Shown: piece after piece, positions 1-14,212 of the stretch
Layout: each line of letters starts with the position of its first letter
Numbering within the stretch: position 1 is the stretch's first letter
DNA from: Chrysomallon squamiferum
Lineage: Eukaryota > Animalia > Mollusca
Reading direction: 5' to 3'
DNA: 64,000 nucleotides
NCBI GenBank assembly: GCA_012295275.1
Contig: CM022677.1
Coordinates: 4,154,001 to 4,218,000, forward strand
Translations under genes and position numbers: made by a program
The notes under the pieces: model-generated
Told to the model about the DNA's origin: nothing
Database searches by the model: none
What the model saw: the letters and a program-made list of their open reading frames with translations, nothing else

Positions 1-117
1 ATCACACCATGCTTTCAACAGATCACACCATGCTTTGAACAGATCACACCAAGCTTTGAACAGATCACACCAAGCTTTGAACAGATCACACCAAGCTTTT
101 AACAGATCACACCATGC
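1..117. repeat. 21-bp minisatellite (acagatcacaccaagctttga), truncated by the window start
   Basis: About 5-6 near-identical units are visible. Confidence 0.9.
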
Positions 118-873
118 TGCACCCACTGATACCAATTAAAAACATTCATTGCATTTCAATTTCTTTTTTAAAATTGTTATAATTAAATTTCTGTGATCAA
201 ACCTTGAATAACAAAGATATGCTACTTCCTTTATATTAGAACCAAAAAACAAAATATTTTATTTTAAGGAAAACATGTATGTATGTATGGATCATGACAA
301 TAGGTCCAATTTAAAAACATGTTGTTTTCTAATATTTAATTACTGTACAATGCTTTCATACAATACACTGAAATAGACTGACACACTTCGAGTCTCATAA
401 TGTTAAGTCTCACCCCCCAGTAAATAATAATACAAATTAAAAATCCAGTTGTAGTCTGTTATTATGTAAACATTAATAATAAGAAGAAAAACATGAAAAA
501 GAAACCTAGCCACTAATAAGTAGTTTTTTACAGCAGATAATTTGTTCATAATTTGTTAGAAATATGCCCTGAAAATACTTGAAAGCATGCATAAAAGTTC
601 TGTACATATTTATGTTGTAATTATTATATTCCCTCTATGAAAGCTTGAATTATCAAGAGAGCCATAAATCATAGTAATAATGGAATGTTATTTATATACA
701 GTATATAGCTTTTGCTTATAAATACAATGCATGTTTTGTTACTGCAAAAATGGAAATGCTGAATTGACTTCATTCCTTTCTGAGGACAAAACCACCCACT
801 GAATTACACCTGCCAGTCATGTACTGTCACACGCACATCTCCGCTTTCAAAACATACAACCTGGGCACGGGTG

Positions 874-1009
874 ATTATTATCTGAGTAGTAGCTATTATC
901 TCTCTTGCTGCTAATAACACACACACACACACACACACATTATCACACAATTATCTCTATTATTATCTGACACATTATAGCAATCAATTATCTCTATTGC
1001 TGCTATAAT

Positions 1010-1048
<39 letters not shown>

Positions 1049-1167
1049 TTATCTGAGCAGTATCAATTATCTCTGTTGCTGCTATAATCTCAGACACACA
1101 CACACACACAGACACACACACACACTATTATCTGAGCAGTATCAATTATCTCTATTGCTGCTATAAT

Positions 1168-1206
<39 letters not shown>

Positions 1207-1311
1207 TTATCTGAGTAGTAGTAATTACTTCTATTGCTGCTATAATCTCACACACACACACATACACTATTATCTGAGCAGTAGCAATTATCTCTATTGC
1301 TGCTATAATCT

Positions 1312-1342
<31 letters not shown>

Positions 1343-1600
1343 ACACACACACTATTATCTGAGCAGTATCAATTATCTCTATTGCTGCTATAATCACACA
1401 CACACACACACACACTATTATCTGAGCAGTAGCAATTATCTCTATTGCTGCTATAATCTCACACACACACACACACACACACAGACACACACACACACTA
1501 TTATCTGAGTAGTAGTAATTACTTCTATTGCTAATACACTCACACACACACATGCACACACACACACAGACTATTATCAGAGCTATTATTACTATTGATG
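874..1600. repeat. Compound minisatellite: ~45-bp core plus variable (CA)n
   Basis: The core ctattatctgagcagtatcaattatctctattgctgctataatct recurs about 10 times, separated by CA tracts. Confidence 0.9.
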
Positions 1601-1934
1601 ATATACACACACTCACTCTCAAGAATATAAATATAAGTAAAGCTGAAATTAGAAAATTAATTATAAAAGGCAGAAAGAGTCTCAGAGAGTAAACATGAGA
1701 ACAAAAACAAAAAGGAAACAAGCAGTTTATACAGATTTAAATACTTAATAAGAAATACATAATAAATGAAAATCAGCTATTAAGAAACTTTGCAATTGTA
1801 TTTTAACTATCGGGAGAAAAAGAAAAAAAGAAATAGAAAAAATATAATAATCTGAAATTTGTCTAATCTAGATAGTTACATAATGAAATACACAAGTTTG
1901 TGTATGTAATATATATATATATATACATACATAC

Positions 1935-2000
<66 letters not shown>

Positions 2001-2034
2001 AAAATATATATATATTTTGCAAATCTAAATTAAC

Positions 2035-2926
2035 CATCAGCAGTAAGTGTTTGGTTGTTATGTTTTGCATCATTCAGATAAAAACTGTCATCTTGGATGA
2101 TTGAAAACAACAGACAAAAACTGAGTACACAATTTAGTGATCCCAGCTTGTAATAAAAACAAATAAAAACAAATAGAAACAATAACAATAATAATAATTC
2201 ACAATGTGTAGAATCTACGTTATCAGAAAATAATTTAATGTCACTGATTAAAATAAGCATAGTGTGTACAAAAATAATATTGAGCTAATTAATTCTGATT
2301 GGCTGATCTCTCCTTGAAGATTGGTTGGTTAATCATTCTGTGATTTCATTGGTTAATCTCTATCTGTAGTCTGACTGGTTAATCAGGCTGAGATCTGACT
2401 GACTAGTTACTAACACACCCACCTGATTGCTGCTGATGTTAAGTTCAGTGACAAAAATGTTTTTTCTGTTACTGCAGTCCACAAATCTTTAGACCAACAT
2501 CACTCATATTACACTGACTGACACATACAGACAGTAACACACACCCTGGCTTCTGTCAATAAAAATAAATAATATTAATGAAATTAAACTAATATCAAAA
2601 TTTTATATAGATACACAGAGAACGACAGATGATGACAGACATTGTTAAAGATTATACAGACAGATATCCATGTAAGAACACACACATGTACAGCACACAC
2701 TTTCACATATACATTTGTTAAAACAAACACTGAAAATCTGGTAATAGTTGTAGTATTAGTAGAAACAGTACTAGTTGTAGTAGTAGTGTTAATAGTTTCT
2801 TGTTATTGGTATAAACATTATGTAACGAATATGGAATTCTTTAATCTGGTTTTATAATTATTATTATTATTGTTACTGTTATTACTATTACTATTATTAC
2901 TATTATTATTATTATTGTCATTATCA

Positions 2927-2963
<37 letters not shown>

Positions 2964-4309
2964 AAACAGTTATAATTAAGATTACTCACAGCACTCTCAG
3001 TGTCTGTTTTGCTGAGGCTAAGGAAGATCACTGTTGTGTTAGAACACATTGCCAAACACACAGCTCGGAAAGCCTGGGTTCCAAGGTAAATTCTAAACCT
3101 AGCTAAAAAATAAATAAATAAACAAAAATAAAGGTGTTAATAATTAATGCAAATATAGAATACTAAATTGTTCAGTAGGTTGTAATATTAAATAAAATAA
3201 TAAAAAGATTAATAATATTATATATCCAATATTATGTAATTCAGTATGATTATATTTTAAATTAAAAATAATAGGAAAATTGATAAATAAATAAAAGATA
3301 GATAGATACATACATACATTAGGTAGATACACAGAAGACAGATAGAAAGATTTATAAATAAATAAAAATAAAAATAATCAACTGTCTACTAAAACTTGTT
3401 TTAAGAGCATTTTTATAAATAAAAACTATAAATAAATTTTGAATTATTTAAAAAACTGATTCTTAAGCTATTTATATTCAGAATTATCAAAAGAGAACTT
3501 AAGGAAAGATTATATATAATATTTTCTTTCTTTGTTATACTTCAAAAAATATTACAATTTTGACAATAATTGTTAAAAATCATAATGAAAAGAAAGAAAG
3601 AAAAAAGAAAGAAATGATAAAAATCCACAGATTGACATACAGAAGGACAAACAGATAAGTATATATTAAGTAGAGACATAGGTTATATAGACAGATTCTC
3701 AGAAAGACAAACATATTAATCTGAACATTTTCAAGGAAAGAAACACACACAGACAAACAGAAAAGCAAAGAAATAAAATAAATAAATAGGGAGGCAGACA
3801 GAAAGAGAAACAGACAGATAGACTAAGACATATTTACAGACATATTTACCTGAATATTTTTTAAAGATTTTAAAATTCTGACTAAGTGACTAGGTGGTAA
3901 AGCTTGTTGCAGTTTAAGTCTTGATCTGGCTGCTTTCAACAACAACTCAGGTTTCACAAGAAGATTAGTCAGTCGAGTCAAACTTTTTCTGTGGCTGTGG
4001 ATGCATATCTTCCATGCTGTCACCCTTACTGAAAGAAAGTTTTGAAACTAATTTATTTTCTTTTGTCAGAGTTGTTTCAGCAGTTTGTTCACTTTCTTTC
4101 TTAGACATTATTTTTACTGAATACCTCTGGCAATGGGTGGTGGTGTTCCTGGTTTCTTTTCTAGTGTGTCTGGATGTTTCTTGACACAGGAGTTTGAGTT
4201 TTCAGTGTTTGGTGTGGTGATGTCAGTTTGTCTCAGGTCTAATGGTGGTACTGATGTTGTTGGTGCAGACTGCTGTTTCATTTTCAATGATGTGAAACCT
4301 ATGTCAGTT
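2035..4309 (-). pseudogene. Degraded multi-exon gene of unknown family with a PDZ-like fragment
   Basis: AG/GT-bounded exons at 4309-3850 (TDIGFTSLKMKQQSAPTTSVPPLDLR...KKPGTPPPIAR, frameshift near 4120, no single open frame), 3102-2990, 2552-2423 (KPGCVLLSVCVSQCNMSDVGLKICG, frameshift, CSNRKNIFVTELNISSNQ) and 2146-2035 (LGSLNCVLSF...TLTAD). Confidence 0.55.
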
Positions 4310-5009
4310 CTGTGGAAATAAAAAATAGAAAAAAAAATATATATATATTAACAGAGGGCAGACTTTGAAACTAAGAGAAAACATGGTTGCAAATATAAAT
4401 ACAAATGTCATAAACATTTTTTTTCAAATGATTGGTAGCTATTGAAAATACACTAATAGTAATAAACAAGTTATCTGAATAATACTGGTTCTAAAAAATC
4501 ACTAATAATAGTAATTTTCAGAAAAAAAATATATATTGAGAGTCTAACAACAATACAAGTTTAAAACTTCATTGTTGTTCAGGTTTGCTAGGCATATCAA
4601 AATAACAGTGTTTTCACTGGCAAACATTACAAATTTGGAGTCATCAATGGAAACAGGTTTTGAATCAGGAAAACAGTACATTTACACTAGTAACAAAAAC
4701 ATATACTGAAATAGTAATTCTCTGAGATATTACTAGGTAACTTGTTTTATTAAAACAATGAACACTGTTGAGAATAATGTAGGAATATTGTTATGTGAGT
4801 TTTGTATCTCTTAAGTGCTGTAACTAAGTTCTGACCTCAGATCGTTTGAAAAAGCAAATGTGAGCAAAAAAAAAGAAAATGTCTGCTCTCAACTGAATAA
4901 GAAGAAACATGAAGAAGAAATATAATACTGAAATGAATTACAAGTAGCTTGTAACAAGAAAAATAATAACAATAATAACAATAATAATAATAATAATAAT
5001 AATAATAAG

Positions 5010-5043
<34 letters not shown>

Positions 5044-5871
5044 AATAATAAAATAAAATAATTGAATTAGAATGTAGAAAAATAACTAGAAAGATGGAGA
5101 TGCAATTGAAAAGAAAAATTAACAAGAATATGAGTGGTCAGTAGCATCAAAAAAAAAAAAAAAAAATAATAATAATAATTAAATAATAATTAAATAATAA
5201 TTAAATAATAAAAATCATTAAAATAAAAATTCAGAATTTAAAATATGAAGAAACAAAAAGAAAGAAGAATAAAACTATGAACAGAATCTGGGAGACTGAA
5301 TCATAATAAGTAAACTGTATATTACAAAACTCTTGCTTATCATTAAAATAATTGAAAATAAATACAGACAAAAGGAACAGACAAGATGAAAAAGAAGATT
5401 TTGAAGAAATTACAACGTAGAAAAATAACAAAAAACAAAAATCATGATAAATAGGTTAAAAAAATAATAAAATAGCTTTAAAGAAAACACAAAAATGAAA
5501 ACAAATAAAAACAATATGAAGACATGAATAAACACAGGAATATTAAGAAGAATTAAACACAAGAAGTCAGAAAAAATAAGATATTATGTGTGTATATCCA
5601 CACACACACACACACACACATACACACACATTTAAAATATATAAAGCAAATAACTTAAAGAAATAACTTATAGAAAAAAGATAGAAAAATAATAAAATGT
5701 CATAAAATAAAATATTACTGCAATAGTAACAAGATCTGAAGATGAAGAAATAATAAAATTAGAGATCAAACTGAAAAAAGTTTAAAATAAAAAAGATAAA
5801 TAAAACATCATGATGATGATTATTGATACCAAATTTAAATAATACTAACACTAATCATAATATTAATAACA

Positions 5872-5917
<46 letters not shown>

Positions 5918-6360
5918 CAACAACAATAATAATAATAATAATGCTGACAATGATAATAATAATAATTAAAAATTATAAGGTAATCTGCGTTCTTCTTTAA
6001 GTTTGATAACAACAGCAACGACAACCACTCTATTAAAAGGCTAATGACAGTCAATTTAAGAAACAACATCCGTGCTCGGATGGTTCGGGTTATTTAAAGT
6101 TTATTACGATTCTTATAACAAGGTTAGTACTAGTGTTGGCATTAGAATTAAGTTTAACAACTTCGTTAGGGTTATGTTTAGAGTTAGGGGTACAGTCTCG
6201 CTTAAGGTTCTTTTTTTTTGTTTTAATTCTTTCATTTTTCTTTTTTGGCAAATGTACAGTTTACAAAACATAAATATACAAAATACAAATGCAAGGAACA
6301 AAAACAAAAAATACTCACAGTACGTATAAAACGTATAACACATAGGGTATTTCACAACAG

Positions 6361-6393
<33 letters not shown>

Positions 6394-6529
6394 CTATAAT
6401 ATAAGGAAGAGCTTAAGATTAATGCATCATACATCACATCCAAGCAAACTTCATTTCTGATTAATATTCGATTTTTTATTCATTCCGACGAATAGCCAGA
6501 ATACTCCAATTTAAATCCTCAATTTAAAT

Positions 6530-7487
6530 TTATGCCGTGAAAAGTAAGAATAAGAAAAACAAAATAATAATTAAAATAAACGCGAAGATCACACACCAAA
6601 TAGCACCGTTAATTGAAGTGATCAGTGTAATATCTGCTTTGAAAATTCTAAAATGTTCAGTTTTCACCTGTAATTCATTATCTGGTAATAAAGATAACAC
6701 CTAGAAATTTGTGATTCACGTGTGTTTCTTAATTCACTGTGGCAGTTTGAATGTAACACGTAAACTATCTTGTAAAACTTGACTTAACTATTAAACGTCC
6801 CATATTTTATTTTCCTACGTGTTATAATACAGCTTTAGTGATCACATACATGTGACATGTAGCAGTGAATGAAATGTGCGGTACTTGTATATTTATATCA
6901 CATTAACACATTCCCACCACTTAAATTTTATCATCTACGAAAATAGAAATAATTCAGATTTGGCTATTTTTAATCATATGTTTTCCTGTCAGTCTATATG
7001 TACACAATGTTCCTACATCTCGAAAATAATTTTTCGCATCAGTGATGTTGCCATCGTCCATATTGTGAAATGAATTTCCGTTTAGAATGCAGTTCAATTT
7101 ATTAATCAAAATGTGTTCGCGAAGGAAAGCTCGGGCTGTATAACGCTGAAGCAGGGTCTTTTGTTCAAACATTAGGTTGTCATTGTTATTGGAGCCATGT
7201 CTGAACTGGCACAGTTTTCGTTCAAGTTGTCGAAGTCACTCTACATACTTAGGCATTTCTCGTTGATGTCGTAACGTGTCTCACAGTCTCGATGAAACGC
7301 CGTACGGCATCAGAAAATAGCTGCTTCAAATCGTCAGGATCAGGCAGACGTTTTAATGGCGACTTAGCGTCACGATTTGTCGTCTGTTACACTGAATCAG
7401 GCATAAATACAAAGAGATAAGAATTAAAAACATATACAAAATGAGAAACGGACGTATGGTATTGAGAAATTTTGGTTGAAAAATCAT
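6530..7487 (-). pseudogene. Degraded, apparently single-exon gene for a putative type I membrane protein (paralog A)
   Basis: ATG at 7487 gives MIFQPKFLNTIRPFLILYMFLILISLYLCLIQC. Helical segments follow across frameshifts and stops (SPLKRLPDPDDLKQLFSDAVRRFIETVRH; EMPKYVE*LRQLERKLCQF...), then a C-terminal hydrophobic stretch GAIWCVIFAFILIIILFFLFLLF. T-rich DNA can mimic hydrophobic segments. Confidence 0.4.
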
Positions 7488-7517
7488 TCAGATGTCAGAT
7501 GTCTGTTGGCGAATGAA

Positions 7518-7990
7518 ATTTGCAGCACCACTGTGTAATTTGTCACCCGAACGAGAAATGTTGCAGCACCACTGTGTAATTTGTCACGTGAACGAGAAAT
7601 GTTGCAGCACCACTGTGTAATTTGTCACCCGAACGAGAAATGTTGCAGCACCACTGTGTAATTTGTCACCCGAACGAGAAATGTTGCAGCACCACTGTGT
7701 AATTTGTCACCCGAACGAGAAATGTTGCAGCACCACTGTGTAATTTGTCACCCGAACGAGAAATGTTGCAGCACCACTGTGTAATTTGTCACCCCAGCAC
7801 CAGAAATTTGTCACCCGAACGAGAAATGTTGCAGCATCACTGCAATTTGTCACCCGAACTGCAGCACCACTGTAATTTGTAATTTGTCACTGTGTAATTT
7901 GTCACCCGGACGAGAAATGCTGCAGCACCACTGTGTAATTTGTCACCCGAACGAGAAATGCTGCAGCACCACTGTGTAATTTGTCACCCG
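7518..7990. repeat. 41-bp minisatellite (tgcagcaccactgtgtaatttgtcacccgaacgagaaatgt)
   Basis: About 11 units, degenerate around 7790-7900. Confidence 0.95.
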
Positions 7991-7999
7991 TGTGACTGA

Positions 8000-8080
8000 A
8001 CGCGACACGACAGTGTATCTTTATAAGTGAGCTGTTACTGTGTTAAGAATGATTCATATTAGCGCTCAAGTTATCCAGAT
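8000..8080 (-). promoter_or_regulatory. Putative core promoter with a TATA box for paralog A
   Basis: Minus-strand TATAAA at 8025-8020. The surrounding block is conserved with 12188-12250. Confidence 0.35.
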
Positions 8081-8147
8081 TCTAATGTATAGCTCATTTT
8101 AAATATACTGTGTTTATTTATTTGTTTGTTTCTTAATTCATTATTTG

Positions 8148-8190
<43 letters not shown>

Positions 8191-8364
8191 TTTTGTTTTG
8201 TAAGGTTGTTTTTGGCTTGTTTTATTTGCAAATTTAGTTAATAATAATAATTTGTTAACTATCTAACTGAATGAATGAGTAAATAAACAATAATAGTAAG
8301 AACTCTTATTTTTCTTCTATTTATATTTTTATTTATTTTTATTTTTTCTTGCTATGTTTGTGAT

Positions 8365-8580
8365 TTGTCTGAAGAGGGATTTCTTGGCAGATTTTACTGA
8401 AATTGCGAATGAACTAGAGATAGTACGACACTTTGAAAGAGATCAAATTAGAACAAGGAGAAGTTTGAATATGAGGCCCTAGAAGAGGCATCACAAAATC
8501 CAAAAGAGAAATGCAAAGTAAGTTTTTACTTTGCAGTTTTAGACATGGCCATACAATCTGTTGATGAGAGATTCAGCTAC
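8365..8580 (+). mobile_element. hAT transposase fragment (ZMYM1-like/Tip100 type)
   Basis: EIANELEIVRHFERDQIR, frameshift, then KFEYEALEEASQNPKEKCKVSFYFAVLDMAIQSVDERFS. This matches the F-D/E-YE...F-x-x-x-LD-x-AI-x-S-x-x-ERF region preceding the hAT dimerisation domain. Confidence 0.75.
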
Positions 8581-9061
8581 AACATTATATTTCACTGTTT
8601 GCCTTTCGGTGGTGAGCATAGGTTCCCAAAGCGTATGAAACAGAGACTAGTTGGCTGCATTTATACCTCCGCCGCAACAGTAGCAACAACAACAACAACA
8701 ACAATAATAAAAACGAATACAAACAACCAAATGTTTTCTCCAAGGGGTACAGCTAGAAATAAGCTTGGGAACTCATGTCAGAGATATATTTTGATATTTG
8801 GTTCACGTTTAAGTTGTATGATAATTCAAAAATTTATTTTCATTCCAACATGACACCAACTGCCCAGCAACGACATCATGAAAACACAATAAATAAACAA
8901 TAATAATAATATGAAATAAATTTAATATATTTTAAAATTATAAAAAAAAAAAAGAAGTAAAGATTAGATTTGATCTAGATTGGAAATAAAATAAATAAAT
9001 AAAATAAACTTGAATAATGGAAATAAAATAGAAAATAAAAACAAACATAAATTGAAATAAG

Positions 9062-9125
<64 letters not shown>

Positions 9126-9253
9126 AAAATAAAATAAAAAGGAGATAAATAAGATAAAATAAGAATTAAATTAAATCAAATCAAATCAAGTAACAAATAT
9201 ATAATAATTATGATGAAACACGTAGCTGCCTGCGTGTTTATGTCTGTGTCTTT

Positions 9254-9573
<320 letters not shown>

Positions 9574-9901
9574 TATTACTGTTGATTTTGTTATTATTGT
9601 TGTTGTTGTTGTTATTTTATGGCTGTGACGTCATAGCGTTTTATTTAATTTTCATCTTCACCTTTATGGCTTTGCATAAATTCAAAATATTAAACTCGTC
9701 ACGATTTTCCTTGTTTCCTTTTTTCTTTTGCTTTCTTTTTTATTCTCATTGTTCTCTTATTATTATTTTAAATTTTATTTATTTATTGTTATTACATATA
9801 TATTTTGTTTATTTTTTCTCATATCTCTCTTTTTTATTATTATTATTGTTGTTGTTGTTGTTGTCATTCTGTAGACCCAGTCGCTTGTGTCATTGGCGCA
9901 T

Positions 9902-9932
<31 letters not shown>

Positions 9933-10144
9933 TTATTTTTTGTTGGTTTTCTTCAGAGAGAATTTGTTATTTTTATAAACATGTTTATTTATACAGTAGG
10001 TAGCACCGTGCAACAGATGTCGTGTCGGTTTCAAGTATTTTCAACCATATCATGAAAACAACAACTAAAAAACAAGAAGCAATAAATAAATAACAAAAAA
10101 AAAAAAAAAATAAAAAAAAAAAAAAAAAAATAAATATATATAAA

Positions 10145-10190
<46 letters not shown>

Positions 10191-10199
10191 TAAAAAAAT

Positions 10200-10484
10200 A
10201 AATAAATATAACGTCCGTTTAAACGCAGACTATATGCATTTAAACGGACATTACGATCTTTGAGTGATAATTTAACAGAAACAGATCTTCACATCCCAGG
10301 ATATAACTGTCTGAGATGAGCAATGGTCAATTATTTACTACAAGATAGTATAATACTATCGTCATCATACTACACAAAACAAGCTTTTATTCCTGTTTCG
10401 ATCTCATCTAATTACAATGCATTTAGCAGCCTAGACAAGGGTTAGGAGATGTCACCCGCAGTTTCTCAATATATATATAATATA

Positions 10485-10519
<35 letters not shown>

Positions 10520-10882
10520 CTGTCTGTCTGTATGTATGTATGTATGTATGTATATATATGTATGTATATGTATATATGTATGTATATATGTATGTATGTA
10601 TATATGTTTGTATGTATGTATGTATGTATGTATGTATGTATGTATGTGTATATGTATGTGTGTATGTATGTATGTATGTATGTATGTATGTATATAGGTA
10701 TGTATGTATGTATGTATGTATGTATGTATGTATGTATGTATGTATGTATGTATGTATATATGTATGTATGTTGGTGTATATGTATGTGTGTATGTATGTA
10801 TGTCTGTCTGTCTGTATGTATGTATGTATGTATGTATGTATATAGGTATATATGTATATATGTATGTATATGTATATGTATG

Positions 10883-10914
<32 letters not shown>

Positions 10915-10920
10915 TGTATG

Positions 10921-10954
<34 letters not shown>

Positions 10955-10976
10955 TGTATGTATGTGTGTATGTATG

Positions 10977-11010
<34 letters not shown>

Positions 11011-11012
11011 TG

Positions 11013-11044
<32 letters not shown>

Positions 11045-11229
11045 TGTATGTATGTATGTATGTATGTATGTATGTATGTTGGTGTATATGTATGTATGTG
11101 TATGTATGTATGTATGGATGTATGTATGTATGAACACTAAAACAAAACTTTAGACTCCAACATGAGGTTCGTTGGCACTTATATTTAGGATGAATACAGG
11201 AACAATAGAAATCTTGGCTGAGAAGTCAT
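10200..11229 (-). pseudogene. Heavily degraded paralog B of the 6530-7487 gene, interrupted by (TATG)n
   Basis: ATG at 11229 gives MTSQPRFLLFLY versus MIFQPKFLNTI in paralog A. Beyond the microsatellite, GDIS*PLSRLLNAL*LDEIE weakly resembles RDAKSPLKRLPDPDDLKQLF. Confidence 0.3.
10470..11132. repeat. (TATG)n microsatellite
   Basis: Seen directly; explains the MYVC and HTYI ORFs. Confidence 0.97.
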
Positions 11230-12165
11230 GCAGCTGTCGCTCTATGATTTGCAGCTGTCGCTTTGTGATTTGCTGTCGCTCTATGATTTGCAGCTGTCGC
11301 TCTATGATTTGCAGATGTCGCTCTGTGATTTGCAGCTGTCGCTCTATGATTTGCAGCTGTCGCTCTGTGATTTGCAGATGTCGCTCTATGATTTGCAGCT
11401 GTCGCTCTATGATTTGCCGCTGTCGCTCTTGATTTGCAGATGTCTCTGTGATTTGCAGCTGTCGCTCTATGATTTGCAGATGTCTCTGATGATTTGCAGA
11501 TGTCGCTCTGTGATTTGAAGCTGTCGTCTATGATTTGCTCTCTGATTTGCAGATTTGCAGCTGTCGCTCTATGATTTGCAGATGTCGCTCTATGATTTGC
11601 AGATGTCGCTCTATGATTTGCAGATGTCGCTCTATGATTTGCAGATGTCGCTATGATTTGCAGATGTCGCTCTATGATTTGTCGCATGTCGCAGATGTCG
11701 CTCTGTGATTTGCAGATGTCGCTCTATGATTTGCAGCTGTCGCTCTATGATTTGCAGATGTCGCTCTGTGATTTGCAGCTGTCGCTCTGTGATTTGCAGC
11801 TGTCGCTCTATGATTTGCAGATGTCGCTCTATGATTTGCAGATGTCGCTCTATGATTTGCAGCTGTCGCTCTATGATTTGCAGATGTCGCTCTATGATTT
11901 GCAGATGTCGCTCTGTGATTTGCAGCTGTCGCTCTATGATTTGCAGCTGTCGCTCTATCATTTGCAGATATCGCTCTAAGATTTCAGCTGTCGCTCTGTG
12001 ATTTGCAGCTGTCGCTCTATGATTTGCAGCTGTCGCTCTATGATTTCAGCTGTCGCTCTATGATTTCAGCTGTCGCTCTATGATTTCAGCTGTCGCTCTG
12101 TGATTTCAGCTGTCGCTCTGTGATTTGCAGCTGTCGCTCTGTGATTTGCAGATGTCGCTCTATGA
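11229..12165. repeat. 21-bp minisatellite (gatttgcagctgtcgctctat)
   Basis: About 44 units with gct/gat and tat/tgt variants. Confidence 0.97.
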
Positions 12166-13259
12166 TGAACGAGAACAGGGGACACATCGCGACACGTTAT
12201 CTTTGTAAGTCAGCTGTTAACAATCACTGAGATCAGCTGTCAAGTTATCAAGGTGTAACTGAATTTAAATATGCTGTATTTATTTATTTGTTTGTTAGTT
12301 TATTTTTTCTTCTTCCTTTCCTTGTTTTTGTTCTTGTTCTTTTGTCGTCTTCTTCTTCTTCTTCTAAGCGCGACACTGTTTGTGGTTTTTCTTTTCCGGT
12401 TTCCGATTTGGACAATTCTGGAAATGTATTTCTCCTCCAGGAAGAGAGAGAAATCATTAAAATATAATTAATAGACAGATATGGTGTTGCCAGTGTTCAT
12501 TTTACGTCCCTAAAGGATGTATCACGAAAAAGTGAGACAACTGCGAACCTATGTTTATTTACTTAACAAATTATTTATTTAAGAACAGATGAAGCTAATG
12601 CAACTTTTACCACTTGATCTATTAGAGATAAATAATAATAAAAACATTTTTTTTTTTTATTATTATTATTATTATTTTTTTTTTTATGACATTGGTAAAA
12701 TAAAAAGGGAGATTACTCATGCGGTACTAACATACTCTTGTTCCGTGTTTCATAGTGCACACTGTAAAACAATGCGAGAGATAAACACTGTATTTTTAAA
12801 TCTACTCGAATAAATCATTGTGTAAAATAAAATTTATAACTGACTACTTATTTGTTTGTTTGTGTATCAAACTGTCTACGTACTCAGTGATGAACACATT
12901 TTTAAATGGTGCCGTTTCAAACATATTTAATCGTGTTTTGGGGGTTTTTGTTGTTGTTTTTCTTGGAATCAAATTTTCTTGGCTTAATGTCTGTTTTTGT
13001 TTATTAATATCATGTTATCTCAGAGAACGTGGCAACCGTCATTGTTTGTTTGTTTGTTTGTGTATTACAGAAAATTATCAGTCAGTGCTGTCTCAAAAGT
13101 ATACTAAACATCGCCATATAATAATATGTTTAATAGCACAAATATGTTTATATTGGAAAAATTGTGTTTCTTAATAAGAACTGCATTTGAGAGAGAATGT
13201 CGTCCATGTTAAACATCCACGCAAGCGCATTTTGTTTTTTGTTATTATATATCTGTAAT

Positions 13260-13547
13260 AAATTCTTCTCTGTACTGCAATCCTGCATTCTACGAGAATA
13301 AAGTCGCTTGAATACACAGACGTCGTGTTTTCATTTTGACAGCCTTTTTTGTTTGGGATCAAATCTACATGGCGGACATGATTCCTGCACTTCAGTAAAT
13401 AACAACCACGACGGCGGCGATGCAGGCAGAACATCTGAAACGAAAGGCAAATCTGCCGACAGCTGTTGTTGTAACTCTCTGGGTCTGAGTGACGACAGTT
13501 TTATGATGATGATGATGTGACGATGTTGATGCAAACATTGTTTGGAA
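13260..13547 (-). pseudogene. Possible isolated exon relic (GC-rich, protein-like)
   Basis: LSSLRPRELQQQLSADLPFVSDVLPASPPSW...CPPCRFDPKQKRLSK*KHDVCVFKRLYSRR; family not recognised. Confidence 0.25.
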
Positions 13548-13625
13548 CTTAATTTATTTGATTAAATTAACAAAAGACAGAAATAAATATCCGTTCAGTG
13601 GTAGATGTATCCTACCTCAAAAGAT

Positions 13626-13725
<100 letters not shown>

Positions 13726-14086
13726 CATTAAGTATCAAAAGTGAATTTTGTATTGAAAATCTGTTTCTCATAAACCCTTTTTATTTATTCGTTTAGTCAT
13801 TTATTTTTTTATTCAACCCTGTTATTAGGGAGTTCACTCAAAACTGAAGACATACTGAATATCATTTTTTAAATATATCATACCTTCTAGAAACAATTAG
13901 CATTTTGAATTTTGTAAACTGGATAGTTTGTGAACTACGTCAAACCAAAGCTGCTAAAAACTGTATAACTTACGCACAGAAATGATGTTAGTCCAGCATA
14001 TAAAACTTGCACATAATTTCATCTTTTTCTCTGAGTCTCACTATTTCTGTCTCTAGGTCTAAGTTAGTGTATTTTGTCTGTATGCG

Positions 14087-14115
14087 AGTGTGTGTGTGTG
14101 TGTGTCTGTGTGGAT

Positions 14116-14209
<94 letters not shown>
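14087..14209. repeat. (GT)n microsatellite
   Basis: Seen directly. Confidence 0.97.

Positions 14210-14212
<3 letters not shown>

Noticed and set aside
6160-6192. Telomere-like ttaggg words
   Set aside because: Only two exact copies in a degenerate context; insufficient for an interstitial telomere or element call.
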